The notes under the pieces: generated by a model
Told to the model about the DNA's origin: nothing
Databases searched by the model: none
Seen by the model: only the letters and a program-made list of their open reading frames with translations
Made by a program: the position numbers and the translations under genes
Shown here: positions 1 to 9,846 of the stretch, piece by piece
How the letters are laid out: each line of letters starts with the position of its first letter
Numbering within the stretch: position 1 is the first letter of the stretch
From: Fidelibacterota bacterium
GTDB lineage: Bacteria; Fidelibacterota; UBA8477; JABMPR01
Assembly (NCBI GenBank): GCA_016845065.1
Contig: JAERTG010000023.1
Coordinates: 167,553-231,552 of the forward strand
Direction: 5' to 3'
Length of the DNA stretch: 64,000 bases

Positions 1-396
1 CTGGGCATGATACCCACTCTGGATTGTCATGTATGCCACAAGGCTGATTTCAGCCAGGATCTGCCTGCCCATGCTGACCTATCTCCAGTAACAGATTGCT
101 CAACCTGTCACGCCCCTACCCGGTGGGATCAAATATTAGCTATAAACCATGATGTCTTTTTCCCCATTCATAGTGGACAACATCGTGGCGAATGGAATGC
201 TTGCACCGATTGTCATGAGCAGTCAGGGGATTATCAGGTGTTTACATGTTTTGGATCTGGTTGCCATGATGAGGCTGACATGAACGATGAACATTGTGAG
301 GGCAATGATTGTGAACAACGTAGTGGACTCACTTACCCACGCACTGGAGTAAACTCAAATGACTGTCTTGCCTGTCACCCAAGAGGGAATGAATAA
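1..396 (+). CDS. multihaem c-type cytochrome, C-terminal fragment (5' end outside window)
   Basis: The reading frame is open to the window edge. Four canonical CxxCH haem-binding motifs are visible (CHVCH, CSTCH, CTDCH, CLACH), plus one CX4CH-like site. The fragment is Cys/His rich. Confidence 0.6.
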   Translation: MGMIPTLDCHVCHKADFSQDLPAHADLSPVTDCSTCHAPTRWDQILAINHDVFFPIHSGQHRGEWNACTDCHEQSGDYQVFTCFGSGCHDEADMNDEHCEGNDCEQRSGLTYPRTGVNSNDCLACHPRGNE

Positions 397-2014
397 TATG
401 CGGGGATTGATGAGTTGTCTCTTTATGCAAGGTGTATTGCCTATCATATTCATGACTTTGATTGTGGGCAGTTTATCTGGTCGAGAACTTGTAGAAGGCT
501 CCATTACTTATATCAGCCGCGATCAAGCCTATATTGATCTGGGGAAGAAGTCCGGTGTCCAAATTGGTGATAGTGTTCAAGTCTATCGTGATGATGTTTT
601 GTTGGGGGTTGCTCGCATTTCTCAATCAAGTGGAGCCTCCTCAGCTATGGAGGCACTGGAACCGGCAGATATTCCATGGGATATCGGTGATAATGTTGCA
701 CTCGAGGTCACTTTAGCGCAAATACCTCAAACCCCCACTATTGCTTCTTCTGAAGAAGCGACTAAATCGAAGCCAATGGCTCAGGTATTTCTGGATAGTA
801 GTTCTTATGCTCCTAGGACTCCCAGCAATATGACTCTGGATTCTGATAGATTTTCACCTGCATTTACGGGATACATCTCAACACGCGTCTCTGATAGAGG
901 TGGTGATACCAGCGGAGTACGAGAAACAACTGGCTCCATCTATGGTCAGTTCAAGATTTTGGACCTGGGAATAAGACACCTCGATGTAAGTACGTATGTG
1001 CGCAGCAATCGGTCATTCAGAGATTCCAGTTCCCATACAAGCATATACTCAATAATGATGAGTTATGACGATCCCAGCAGTCGTTTTAGCTATTTAATGG
1101 GACGTATGTACCATCCACAATTCTCTATGCTGGGCACCATAGACGGTCTAGGGATGACTTGGAGATCAAATCGCCGAGTGTTGGCTGTAGCGGCCGGTTT
1201 GATGTCAAATGTGAATGACATACAGGATCAGGTTCAACGTAATAAATTTGGAATCCTTGATGAGGAAAAATTCAAATGGGGTAAGATGCAATTTGGAGTT
1301 ATTGGGGAAACCGAATCTGGGGCATTCTCCAGAAATTATTTGCTACTAGGCTCTACCGCAAAGATTGGTTCAAAGCTACGACTTCGGGGCTATAGCGAAT
1401 TTGATCTCGATTTACAGGATCAATCTCAATTTCAGAGAACCCTGTCCCTCACTCGCTTCCGTGCTTCCGTCAGTTGGCGTCCATGGCGTTCATTCATTAG
1501 CTCCACTCGCTATAGTTACCGAGAAAATGTGGTAGATTTACTTGATACGGCACAAACCGAGTATGAAAAGGCAGCGAGACACACTTTTAATTCCAATCTT
1601 AGTTTCATGTTTGGATCTGGTCTGACTCTCACCGGTCAAGCCAGTTTCCGAGGGGATCACAGGAACCGGCAAATAAAAATCTTTGGCTTATCGATGAATC
1701 ACCGAAAATTTACCACTCAAGCCATTTCCCTGAATGCAGGTGGTATGCTAATGTTATCCTACTTAAGTGAAGGAGGTCGGGTATACGCCTCTCTGGGCAA
1801 GGCCGTACTCCCCTGGCTTGATGTCGATTTATACGATGAGATATTTCTCTACAAAATATTGGGTGAATCAAGTTTTAGAACCCGGCACCTGCCTGAAGTA
1901 TCGTTTTCTGCCAAAGTTCCTGGATTGCAGCGACTCAGAGTGCGTACCCGTTTTGAAATTGAAAAGGGTGAATTGCTTTATCGGATCAGTCTTTCTGCCT
2001 CAAGACAGTTTTGA
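389..2014 (+). CDS. outer-membrane beta-barrel protein (hypothetical), immediately downstream of the multihaem cytochrome
   Basis: The N-terminal signal peptide is MRGLMSCLFMQGVLPIIFMTLIVGSLSG. Amphipathic segments rich in S, R and Y alternate along the protein. It ends in a C-terminal Phe (…SRQF), typical of the OMP beta-signal. The start was chosen at the in-frame ATG just after the upstream stop. Confidence 0.4.
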   Translation: MNNMRGLMSCLFMQGVLPIIFMTLIVGSLSGRELVEGSITYISRDQAYIDLGKKSGVQIGDSVQVYRDDVLLGVARISQSSGASSAMEALEPADIPWDIGDNVALEVTLAQIPQTPTIASSEEATKSKPMAQVFLDSSSYAPRTPSNMTLDSDRFSPAFTGYISTRVSDRGGDTSGVRETTGSIYGQFKILDLGIRHLDVSTYVRSNRSFRDSSSHTSIYSIMMSYDDPSSRFSYLMGRMYHPQFSMLGTIDGLGMTWRSNRRVLAVAAGLMSNVNDIQDQVQRNKFGILDEEKFKWGKMQFGVIGETESGAFSRNYLLLGSTAKIGSKLRLRGYSEFDLDLQDQSQFQRTLSLTRFRASVSWRPWRSFISSTRYSYRENVVDLLDTAQTEYEKAARHTFNSNLSFMFGSGLTLTGQASFRGDHRNRQIKIFGLSMNHRKFTTQAISLNAGGMLMLSYLSEGGRVYASLGKAVLPWLDVDLYDEIFLYKILGESSFRTRHLPEVSFSAKVPGLQRLRVRTRFEIEKGELLYRISLSASRQF

Positions 2015-2015
2015 G

Positions 2016-2045
2016 ACTAATCAATAAACCCTCACCACTGGCGTG
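2016..2045. terminator. hairpin between convergent genes (bidirectional intrinsic terminator candidate)
   Basis: A 9-bp perfect stem aaaccctca/tgagggttt encloses a 12-nt loop. A T-rich run flanks it on the minus-strand side. Confidence 0.45.
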
Positions 2046-2076
2046 ATGAGGGTTTGCATAGGATTCTTCTACTACT

Positions 2077-4506
2077 CTATTCGTAGCGTAAAGATTTCAC
2101 AGGATTGGCTACTGCTGCCTGATACGATTGCCAGGCTACTGTAAAAACTGCGACAACCATTGCAATCAACGAGGCTCCAACGAAAATCAGAATACTCATA
2201 TCAATCCGATAAGCATAATTTTGAAGCCATTCACCCATAGCATAGTAGGCTAGGGGAATCGCCAAAGCTACCGCAATCACCATGAGTTTGAGGGTATCCT
2301 TTGATAGGAGAAGAAGCACATTTGCTACAGAAGCTCCCAAGACTTTTCGGATACCAATCTCTTTGGTGCGCTTTTCAGCATTAAATGAGGCTAGTCCCAG
2401 GAGACCAAGGGTAGCAATAAATATCGCCAGCCCAGCAAACAAGAGGACAATATCAGCTGATTGTCGTTCAGTCCGATACAGTTCAGCATACAATTCATCG
2501 AAGTGAGAATACTCCAGAGCCTGTTCTCCAGCATAATTCTTCCATGTATTTTCTATGTGAGCCAGGATACCTTCCAGACGATTTGGATCATATTTAACAG
2601 TAACGAATTTGCCCCAGTTTGGTCTAAATCGAGCCGTTCCATCACCCATAAGAAACATTGCCATGGGACGAATCTCATTCTGTGGAGATTCGAAATGATA
2701 GTCTTCAACCACACCGATAATTTCAATGGGTACTGGATCCCTGCGGAAAAACGTCAGAAGGTCCTTGCCAACAGGATCCTCAACACCGAACGCCTTAACC
2801 GCAGCTTGATTCAGGATAACCCCATTGGTATCCGATCCTCGCTCTCTTGAGAAAAAGCGACCTTCGGCCATGCTGAGTTCATACACATCAGCATAATCGT
2901 GATCCACTAGGAAGCTGGCTACCAGTCGGGTTTCCTCAACACCGTTCACGACCATGGTAGAGGCATTTCCATTGACACCGTCTTCATTTCCTGGGATAAC
3001 CGTACTGTTACTTACTATAATTGCACCAGGATCATCCCTCAGACTGGCTTTAAAGGCCTGAATTGTACGTCCAATATCATCCGTTTTCTCTACAATCAGT
3101 AGATTATCAGGATTTAGTCCTAAATCCTTTGTCTGGATGAAATTCAGTTGATCTCTAATTATCATTGTCGAAATAAGCAGGGTTACCGATACTGAAAACT
3201 GAAAAATAACCAAACCGTTTCGTAACCAATTTCCACCCTTAGATGTAACTGTATTTCCTTTTAGAACCTTGAGTGGGTTGAAAGAGGACAACAAAAAAGC
3301 AGGGTAGCTTCCGGCAAGTAATCCCACTGGTATAACCCAAAGCAATATGATAGGTAGGTCCGATAAGCTCAATGTCAAAGGGGTATCAATCAATTCTGCA
3401 AACCAGGGTAAAATGGACTGTACCATCACGATCGCGAGTGAAAATGCAATAAAGGTCACAAATATGGATTCAGCAAGAAATTGGATAATTATTTGTCTGC
3501 GAGTCCCACCCAGGGTCTTGCGAATTCCTATTTCACGTGCGCGACTCATTGATCTAGCAGTAGATAAATTCATATAATTAATACAAGCTAGTAGAAGAAT
3601 AAAAATGGCTATATATCCAAATATTTTCACGGTTTGTCCATCACCATTCACCTCAAATTCCCCTAACAACTGTGAGTACAAATGAATGTCAGTTAAGGGT
3701 GTGAGAAAGAATGCGTATGCATCTCCCCTCTCTACTAATTGGTCAAATGATATACCGAGGAATTGCTGGACTTCTGGTCCCACGTACTTTTTGATCAGAT
3801 CAGGGAATTTTGCTTCGAACTCAGCTGCACTGGCACCATCAGCAAGCAGCAAATAGGTCTGAAAATTATTACTTAACCAGTTTGCATTACGATCAGGATT
3901 ATAAGAAACCATCGATCCCAGAAAGTCAAAATGCCAGTGTGAATTATCTGGGAATTCCTGAACCACGCCAGTCACGGTAAAATCGGTTCTATTATCAGAA
4001 TTGAGCACTTTCCCGAGAGGATCGACATCACCAAAGTACTTTTTAGCCATACGTTCAGTAATCACAACGCTAAAGGGTTGTGTCAGGGCCGTTTTAGGGT
4101 CGCCGAGTACCATGGGGATGGTGAATACGTCAAAAACCGTTGAATCTGCCTGGAACCAACGCTCCTCAGAAAAGACCTTATCTTCATAACGCAAGACTGG
4201 GAACCCTGTATTTCGGATGCGTGTATAGTTAACCACTTCAGGATATTCTTCCAGCATGGTAGGTCCAGCAGGAGCAGCCGAATTAGTCATTCTAAACTCA
4301 TTGTCCCCCAGTTTACCTTCAAGATTCAAACGATAAATGTTATCAGCACTGCCATGGAATCTATCAAAGCTTCTTTCATAATCGACAAACATCAGGATCA
4401 GGATACAAGTGGTCACACCGATAGCCAATCCTACTATATTGATAAAGGCATATAATCTTTGCTTAATCAGAGATCTAAACGCCACTTTTATATAACTTAA
4501 CCACAT
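2077..4506 (-). CDS. ABC transporter permease, FtsX/MacB-like (duplicated FtsX type, about 800 aa)
   Basis: The N-terminal TM helix and large periplasmic domains are repeated twice. The FtsX-like C-terminal 4-TM blocks are present. It lies downstream of an ABC ATPase and an HlyD adaptor in one operon. Confidence 0.8.
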   Translation of the reverse strand: MWLSYIKVAFRSLIKQRLYAFINIVGLAIGVTTCILILMFVDYERSFDRFHGSADNIYRLNLEGKLGDNEFRMTNSAAPAGPTMLEEYPEVVNYTRIRNTGFPVLRYEDKVFSEERWFQADSTVFDVFTIPMVLGDPKTALTQPFSVVITERMAKKYFGDVDPLGKVLNSDNRTDFTVTGVVQEFPDNSHWHFDFLGSMVSYNPDRNANWLSNNFQTYLLLADGASAAEFEAKFPDLIKKYVGPEVQQFLGISFDQLVERGDAYAFFLTPLTDIHLYSQLLGEFEVNGDGQTVKIFGYIAIFILLLACINYMNLSTARSMSRAREIGIRKTLGGTRRQIIIQFLAESIFVTFIAFSLAIVMVQSILPWFAELIDTPLTLSLSDLPIILLWVIPVGLLAGSYPAFLLSSFNPLKVLKGNTVTSKGGNWLRNGLVIFQFSVSVTLLISTMIIRDQLNFIQTKDLGLNPDNLLIVEKTDDIGRTIQAFKASLRDDPGAIIVSNSTVIPGNEDGVNGNASTMVVNGVEETRLVASFLVDHDYADVYELSMAEGRFFSRERGSDTNGVILNQAAVKAFGVEDPVGKDLLTFFRRDPVPIEIIGVVEDYHFESPQNEIRPMAMFLMGDGTARFRPNWGKFVTVKYDPNRLEGILAHIENTWKNYAGEQALEYSHFDELYAELYRTERQSADIVLLFAGLAIFIATLGLLGLASFNAEKRTKEIGIRKVLGASVANVLLLLSKDTLKLMVIAVALAIPLAYYAMGEWLQNYAYRIDMSILIFVGASLIAMVVAVFTVAWQSYQAAVANPVKSLRYE

Positions 4507-4539
4507 ATTACCACTCCTATTTGGTGTATAGTAGATCTC

Positions 4540-5229
4540 CTAGACATGAAAATTCCCGTTCAGGGTTTCATCTGCAATCTTACCATCGAATAAATTCACA
4601 GTCCGATTCCCGTACGCAGCATAGGCTGGGGAGTGTGTCACCATGACGATGGTTGTACCCTGCTTATTCAAATCCTTCAGCAAGTTCATCACTTCATCGC
4701 CATGTTGGGAATCAAGATTTCCAGTTGGTTCATCTGCGAGGACAATTTTTGGGTTGGTTATCAGGGCTCTAGATACAGCAACACGCTGCTGCTGTCCTCC
4801 AGAGAGTTGCTGCGGATAATGACTACTTCTATGGCCTACACCCATCTTTTCCAGCATGGTACTGACACGCTCTTTGCGCTCAGCAGTGGGAACGCCAAGA
4901 TAGAGTAAGGGTAGTTCAACATTTTCAAATACACTGAGCTCGTCTATGAGATTAAAGCTTTGGAATACAAAGCCAATATTCTCTTTGCGGAAATCTGCTC
5001 GTTGTGTTTCTGAGTAGTCACTTACTTCTTCTCCCAGAAAATGGAACTTACCTGAACTGGGATTGTCCAGTAAACCAAGGACATTCATCAAGGTGGACTT
5101 ACCACAACCTGAAGGTCCCATAATGGATACAAATTCACCCTCATTTATGTTGAGATCAATTTCGTTCAATGCTGTAGTTTCCACTTCGTCTGAGCGAAAT
5201 ACTTTATTGAGTTTTTCCGTCTTTATCAT
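4540..5229 (-). CDS. ABC transporter ATP-binding protein (MacB/LolD-like)
   Basis: Walker A is GPSGCGKST. The ABC signature is LSGGQQQRV. Walker B is [12 protein letters not shown]. Confidence 0.9.
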   Translation of the reverse strand: MIKTEKLNKVFRSDEVETTALNEIDLNINEGEFVSIMGPSGCGKSTLMNVLGLLDNPSSGKFHFLGEEVSDYSETQRADFRKENIGFVFQSFNLIDELSVFENVELPLLYLGVPTAERKERVSTMLEKMGVGHRSSHYPQQLSGGQQQRVAVSRALITNPKIVLADEPTGNLDSQHGDEVMNLLKDLNKQGTTIVMVTHSPAYAAYGNRTVNLFDGKIADETLNGNFHV

Positions 5230-5252
5230 TGTATTCTCCTAGATTGATTTTT

Positions 5253-6509
5253 TCATGTTTCATTTTTAAAAAATAATTGCTCGTAGTCTCCAAACTGGTG
5301 GTAGCTACTTGTAATGACTTGATCACCAGGCTCGAGGCCTTCAAGAACTTCATAATAATCCTGATTTTGTCTCCCAAGCTTCACTTCACGCTTACTGGCA
5401 CTTTGACCACCTTCATCCAGGACATAGACCCATTGGCCTCCAGTTTCTTGATAAAATCCACCTCGTCTTAAAAGAATAGCTTCCGATGAGTTACCCAGCT
5501 CCAGACGCATGTGGATGGTTTGACCACGTCGAATGTCTTCTGGCTCAATCTCCTCAAAGCCGAGTTCAATGCGAAACTGACCGTTGACCACTTCAGGATA
5601 TATCTTGTTTAGAAGAACGGTGTATTCTTTGGAGCCTATACTAAAATGTGCAGGCTGGTTAAGCTGAACTCGAGTGATGAAGTGTTCATCAACGGGAGCG
5701 CTGACCTTAAATCCATCCAGGATATCTATCTGTCCCAGACGTTCTCCTCGAACCTTCGCTTCACCGATTTCTGCATTTAAAGAGGTTAATTGACCAGATA
5801 CTGGGGCAGTGATTACAAGATTATCCAAGTTTTGTTTCACGATTTCCATATTATCCTGCATGCGCTGCAGACCACTTTCCAACTGTTCCACCTGAACTTC
5901 CCGGTAGATTGAGTCCTGCTCAAATGATTGGAGTGTAAGAACGCGTTTTTTTACCAAAAATTGATAATCGTCCCTGCTGGATTCGTATTCTTCGCTGGAG
6001 ATCATGTCCTTATCAGCAAGTTTATCATTGCGCTCGTAGATACGTTTTGCTTGCAGTATTTGATAATCCAGATCCAATAATTGGGACTGGATGTTCAGGC
6101 GATTTTGCTGCATAGCTAATTTGGTATTACGAAGGTTATTGCTCTGCTGGAATAGCTCTGCTTCCCGATACATGATATCAAGCAATAAATTTGTATTTGC
6201 CAGACTGATTATCTTGTCACCTTTCTGAACATAAGTGCCTGCTTCGATATACCTTGATTCTACCCTACCACCTTCAATTGCATCAAGGAAATAAGTTTTG
6301 ATAGGAACTACGGCTCCGCTGAAAGCAATGAACTCCTGGAATTCTCCATTTTCTACGGTGCTGATGCCTATGCGACGATTGTCAATTTTTAAACTATCAT
6401 TACGCTTAGCACCCACGACAAGTGCTGAAATGATTACAATAGCCGCCCCTGCGATAAGAGTGTAGGGCTTATATTTGCTCCATGCAGATCTTTCAATTAT
6501 TTTATCCAT
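5253..6509 (-). CDS. HlyD-family periplasmic adaptor (membrane fusion protein) of a tripartite ABC efflux system
   Basis: There is a single N-terminal TM helix, long coiled-coil heptads and a C-terminal beta-barrel region. It is the first gene of the operon with the ABC ATPase and permease. Confidence 0.75.
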   Translation of the reverse strand: MDKIIERSAWSKYKPYTLIAGAAIVIISALVVGAKRNDSLKIDNRRIGISTVENGEFQEFIAFSGAVVPIKTYFLDAIEGGRVESRYIEAGTYVQKGDKIISLANTNLLLDIMYREAELFQQSNNLRNTKLAMQQNRLNIQSQLLDLDYQILQAKRIYERNDKLADKDMISSEEYESSRDDYQFLVKKRVLTLQSFEQDSIYREVQVEQLESGLQRMQDNMEIVKQNLDNLVITAPVSGQLTSLNAEIGEAKVRGERLGQIDILDGFKVSAPVDEHFITRVQLNQPAHFSIGSKEYTVLLNKIYPEVVNGQFRIELGFEEIEPEDIRRGQTIHMRLELGNSSEAILLRRGGFYQETGGQWVYVLDEGGQSASKREVKLGRQNQDYYEVLEGLEPGDQVITSSYHQFGDYEQLFFKNET

Positions 6510-7201
6510 TATTTTCCCAAACTAGCTGTTTGCACCCTCACGAATGCTCAATTTGTCTCGAATTTCGTTTCGCTTCGAATGCAGGTTTCGAGTAAGTGTC
6601 ATACCATCCTTTATCACAAGGCCCATGCCAAGGTTGCAGAAGACAACCCTATGTTACTGTTTCATATTTGGTTAGGATATATTCTGACAGCAAAGTCAAA
6701 ATGAATTCGCCAATATTATTACTCATATCGATATAGAATGCATATCAATTATATATGGTTATTCAATATTATTGGATCAATCGTTCTATTCCATGTGAGA
6801 GCTGTTTATAAAAAGAAAATAGTCCCGGAAATATCCGAGACTTGATGTCACCGAGAATGGTATTTCCGGTGAATAATTAATTAATGGATTATTGTAATAA
6901 GCTGATACATGTGAAAAAAGAAAGATGATTCGCCTTTGGATCATGGACTTTCTACGATTGTCAAGGTGGTCAGATTGCGATGGCAGAGATGAAATACTCA
7001 CCAGCAAATAGTAATAGACTACCCCTGACTGGATAGGAGTAAGAAACAAGATTTGAATCTATAGCTGACAGAATTCGAGGATCAAGGGTGAAACCTACAG
7101 AAAGCTCAGAGTCCTCGAATAGTTCAGACTCACTACTCAATTCAGCAAAGGATTCATCATGTCTACATTAGGATCTGAGAGAAATATATTGGGATTGCAC
7201 C

Positions 7202-7885
7202 CTACTTTGAAAGAGATTCATCAGAATATAGATTAATTTTATCCACATCATCCAAACCGGAAAGTTCCTTGACCAGGTCATTACCTTTTGATGAGTTTTT
7301 AAGCGTTACATAATAGGATATTTCGTACTGCTGACTACTTCCCAATGATCTTACGTTGATCATGGTGTGTGATCTGCAGTGTGACTGTATGATGCCTAAA
7401 TAGAGTGGTTCTCCCCCATTATGATCTCCGCTATAAGCAAACTGCAACAAATTTTCATCACTTCTGTGGGAACCATAACCAATTTTACTCATAACAAGAA
7501 GCACTACACTGATGCTTAATGTGCCAATTATTGCTATTTGAGCTAATCCTACGCCAGCAGCCAAACCTATGGTCAAAGAAAAGAATATAAATACGATGTC
7601 CATGGGATCTTTTACTGCAGTCCTAAAGCGGATGATAGACATGGCGCCTACTAACCCGAAAGCCCTAGCAAGATTATTTCCAATAACAATAATGACCACG
7701 GTTGTTATCATAGCCAATACTACAAGGGAATTGGAAATGCTCTTGGAATATGAAGCACCACCAAAAGTCATTTTATATGTCTGTGCGATAACCAAACCGC
7801 ACAAAAATGCTACGAGTAAGTTCAACAACACATCCCCAGTACGGATATTCATGTCCATAAGTGACTGTATATCTAGTAATTGCAT
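7202..7885 (-). CDS. DUF4956-like membrane protein
   Basis: Multiple TM helices are followed by a conserved soluble tail. It is tightly linked (11-nt gap) to a VTC-domain gene, the usual DUF4956 partner. Confidence 0.5.
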   Translation of the reverse strand: MQLLDIQSLMDMNIRTGDVLLNLLVAFLCGLVIAQTYKMTFGGASYSKSISNSLVVLAMITTVVIIVIGNNLARAFGLVGAMSIIRFRTAVKDPMDIVFIFFSLTIGLAAGVGLAQIAIIGTLSISVVLLVMSKIGYGSHRSDENLLQFAYSGDHNGGEPLYLGIIQSHCRSHTMINVRSLGSSQQYEISYYVTLKNSSKGNDLVKELSGLDDVDKINLYSDESLSK

Positions 7886-7896
7886 ACTTTCTCTTT

Positions 7897-8664
7897 CTAG
7901 TAATGACTCATAGAAACAATTTCATGTTTGGTGCAATCTCCAACATGTCGATAATGGGCATCTATTCCCCTTACGTATTTGGAGTAAGCCTGTTTTCTGA
8001 GATTGAACTTACGGATGACGCGTCGGAACCATTCAGGCATAGGGTTCTCAGATTTGTATTCTAAAACGAATTCATTTTCGAGAAAAGTAATCAGTTTTTT
8101 CTCCTCATAGAGATCACCCAGCCCTGGGAACATCAACGATCGAATTTGGCTATCCAGAGTAATACGGTCAGAATGATTAAATTTTCCGATATACGCTTCC
8201 CTCGTGTAGGTCACCAGGTTCACAGGAACACGTGAGCTACGCTTCAAGTAAAAGAGAAATTTACTAGCAGTTTTCTTGGATTTCGGAAAATCCTTGCGAT
8301 AAGGAAGAATGTTGTCCATTTCCTCGCCTGCAAACAGCTTATCCACATCAGCATATCTCAAGGGGGTTCTATCTTTTGAAATAAACGTATTATTCTTCCA
8401 CTTTATTTCCAAGAACACTTCACTATCTGCATTAACCTGGTTGTAGCCTCTCATGCGTAGTTTCTTGCGCATTTGAAGTCCTGCATGTTTCTCGTAATAA
8501 TCCTTCAATTCAAAAGTGTCAAAATAAATAGATCGAATCTCGTAAATATTGGATTTCTGCAGGGCCCGATGATTGTCGGCAATCACATAGGGGGAAATAG
8601 CTTTGCGAATCTCATCCATTGAATACATGGGGATGACATACTTATTTTCCTGACGACCGGGCAT
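7897..8664 (-). CDS. VTC-domain (CYTH-like polyphosphate polymerase domain) protein
   Basis: Motifs such as KYVIPM…, IRSIYFDT… and LEIKW… resemble bacterial VTC-domain proteins. It sits in an operon with the DUF4956 gene. Confidence 0.5.
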   Translation of the reverse strand: MPGRQENKYVIPMYSMDEIRKAISPYVIADNHRALQKSNIYEIRSIYFDTFELKDYYEKHAGLQMRKKLRMRGYNQVNADSEVFLEIKWKNNTFISKDRTPLRYADVDKLFAGEEMDNILPYRKDFPKSKKTASKFLFYLKRSSRVPVNLVTYTREAYIGKFNHSDRITLDSQIRSLMFPGLGDLYEEKKLITFLENEFVLEYKSENPMPEWFRRVIRKFNLRKQAYSKYVRGIDAHYRHVGDCTKHEIVSMSHY

Positions 8665-8673
8665 CGCTACTTC

Positions 8674-9720
8674 CTAGAACAATTCGCTTAGCATTTGATA
8701 TACACTCTTCGAAGCAAAACTCACTGACGCTTCAAGTATTTGACCAGGAACAAGAACACCATCAGAATTGTCAATCCGAATTCGAACCAAAATTAATTGC
8801 TCGCTGCCTACTTTTAGGATTTGATCGTCTACTTGCAATTGCTCTGAGCTAACCGACTGCTGATAATTTGGACCCATCAGGGTTAACTCGGCTGTCCATT
8901 CGACCGTGCTATGGGAGCCGCCCTGAATAGGTAGGACAGCCACGAGAGTATCCACTTTCTCAACACTCATAAGGGTGTCTTCGGAAAGTGGGAATAATAA
9001 TTTTCCAGAAATTGGACTCACAAAAGTCATTTTGGTCAATACATCGCGTGCCAGTTCTAATTTTTTCTCCTCATCAGCTATTTGAGACCGGAAAACATCC
9101 AACTTTCTGGTTTGGGCACCGCTCAATGCTGATCCAAGATCTGCCTCAGCTATTGAAACTCTGATTGCATCAAGTCTTTCCCGACGCAGCTCAATATCAT
9201 ATTCCTGTTGAGGTATAATATTCCCATCAAGCAGGCTTTTGGATCTGTCTAGAATTTTCTGTTGCTCTTCAAGGCGTGCCCTGGTATAAGTCAGCCTGAG
9301 TCTGGCAGCTTCAATCTCAGTTTCCTTGCTACCGGACTGCTCAAATTCGAGTGAGGCTTTCAGAGTACTAATATTTCCTTCGAGGCTCACAATTTTATCT
9401 GCAAGTGTAGAAGAATACAACCAAGCCAGGGTATCCCCCTCTGTCACCATACTCTGAGAAATATTCGAATTGGTACGATAAACAACCAAGCCACCACGAT
9501 CTGGAACTAAACTTGTAGAACTAATAGTACGGTTATTCCATAAATCCTTATGATAAGTGGAGTAGGCACCACTTCCGTTCGTAATAACCTGATATTGACT
9601 CGAAGCAGTGACCACAGCTTTTTGTGACGTTCCCTGTGGAAATGGTACAAACAATAGCACCACAAATAATACTGCTGCAATTACAACATATGGGGTTGTT
9701 CGCTTGTGCTTTACAATCAT
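8674..9720 (-). CDS. HlyD-family secretion/adaptor-like protein
   Basis: There is an N-terminal TM anchor and a long coiled-coil region. A lipoyl/beta-barrel-like C-terminus carries an …SPISGKL… motif. It sits 9 nt upstream of the VTC gene. Confidence 0.5.
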   Translation of the reverse strand: MIVKHKRTTPYVVIAAVLFVVLLFVPFPQGTSQKAVVTASSQYQVITNGSGAYSTYHKDLWNNRTISSTSLVPDRGGLVVYRTNSNISQSMVTEGDTLAWLYSSTLADKIVSLEGNISTLKASLEFEQSGSKETEIEAARLRLTYTRARLEEQQKILDRSKSLLDGNIIPQQEYDIELRRERLDAIRVSIAEADLGSALSGAQTRKLDVFRSQIADEEKKLELARDVLTKMTFVSPISGKLLFPLSEDTLMSVEKVDTLVAVLPIQGGSHSTVEWTAELTLMGPNYQQSVSSEQLQVDDQILKVGSEQLILVRIRIDNSDGVLVPGQILEASVSFASKSVYQMLSELF

Positions 9721-9846
9721 CGCGCTACCATCTTCCTAAATATTGACTCAAATAAGTTCCTAAGGTAGAAGACGCTTTTTAAGGATATCCATCTGCTCAA
9801 AAACTTAAGTCATGAATCCCGAATTTTCAGCTATTCTAATATATTT

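Noticed and set aside
359-2014. Naming the beta-barrel MtrB/PioB
   Set aside because: The only evidence is context (multihaem cytochrome upstream) and a C-terminal Phe. No family-specific motif could be recognised by eye.
6786-7049. 87-aa minus-strand ORF in the AT-rich spacer
   Set aside because: It is low-complexity (YYY, LL and S runs). It lies inside a region that looks like promoter or leader sequence. No signal peptide and no motif.
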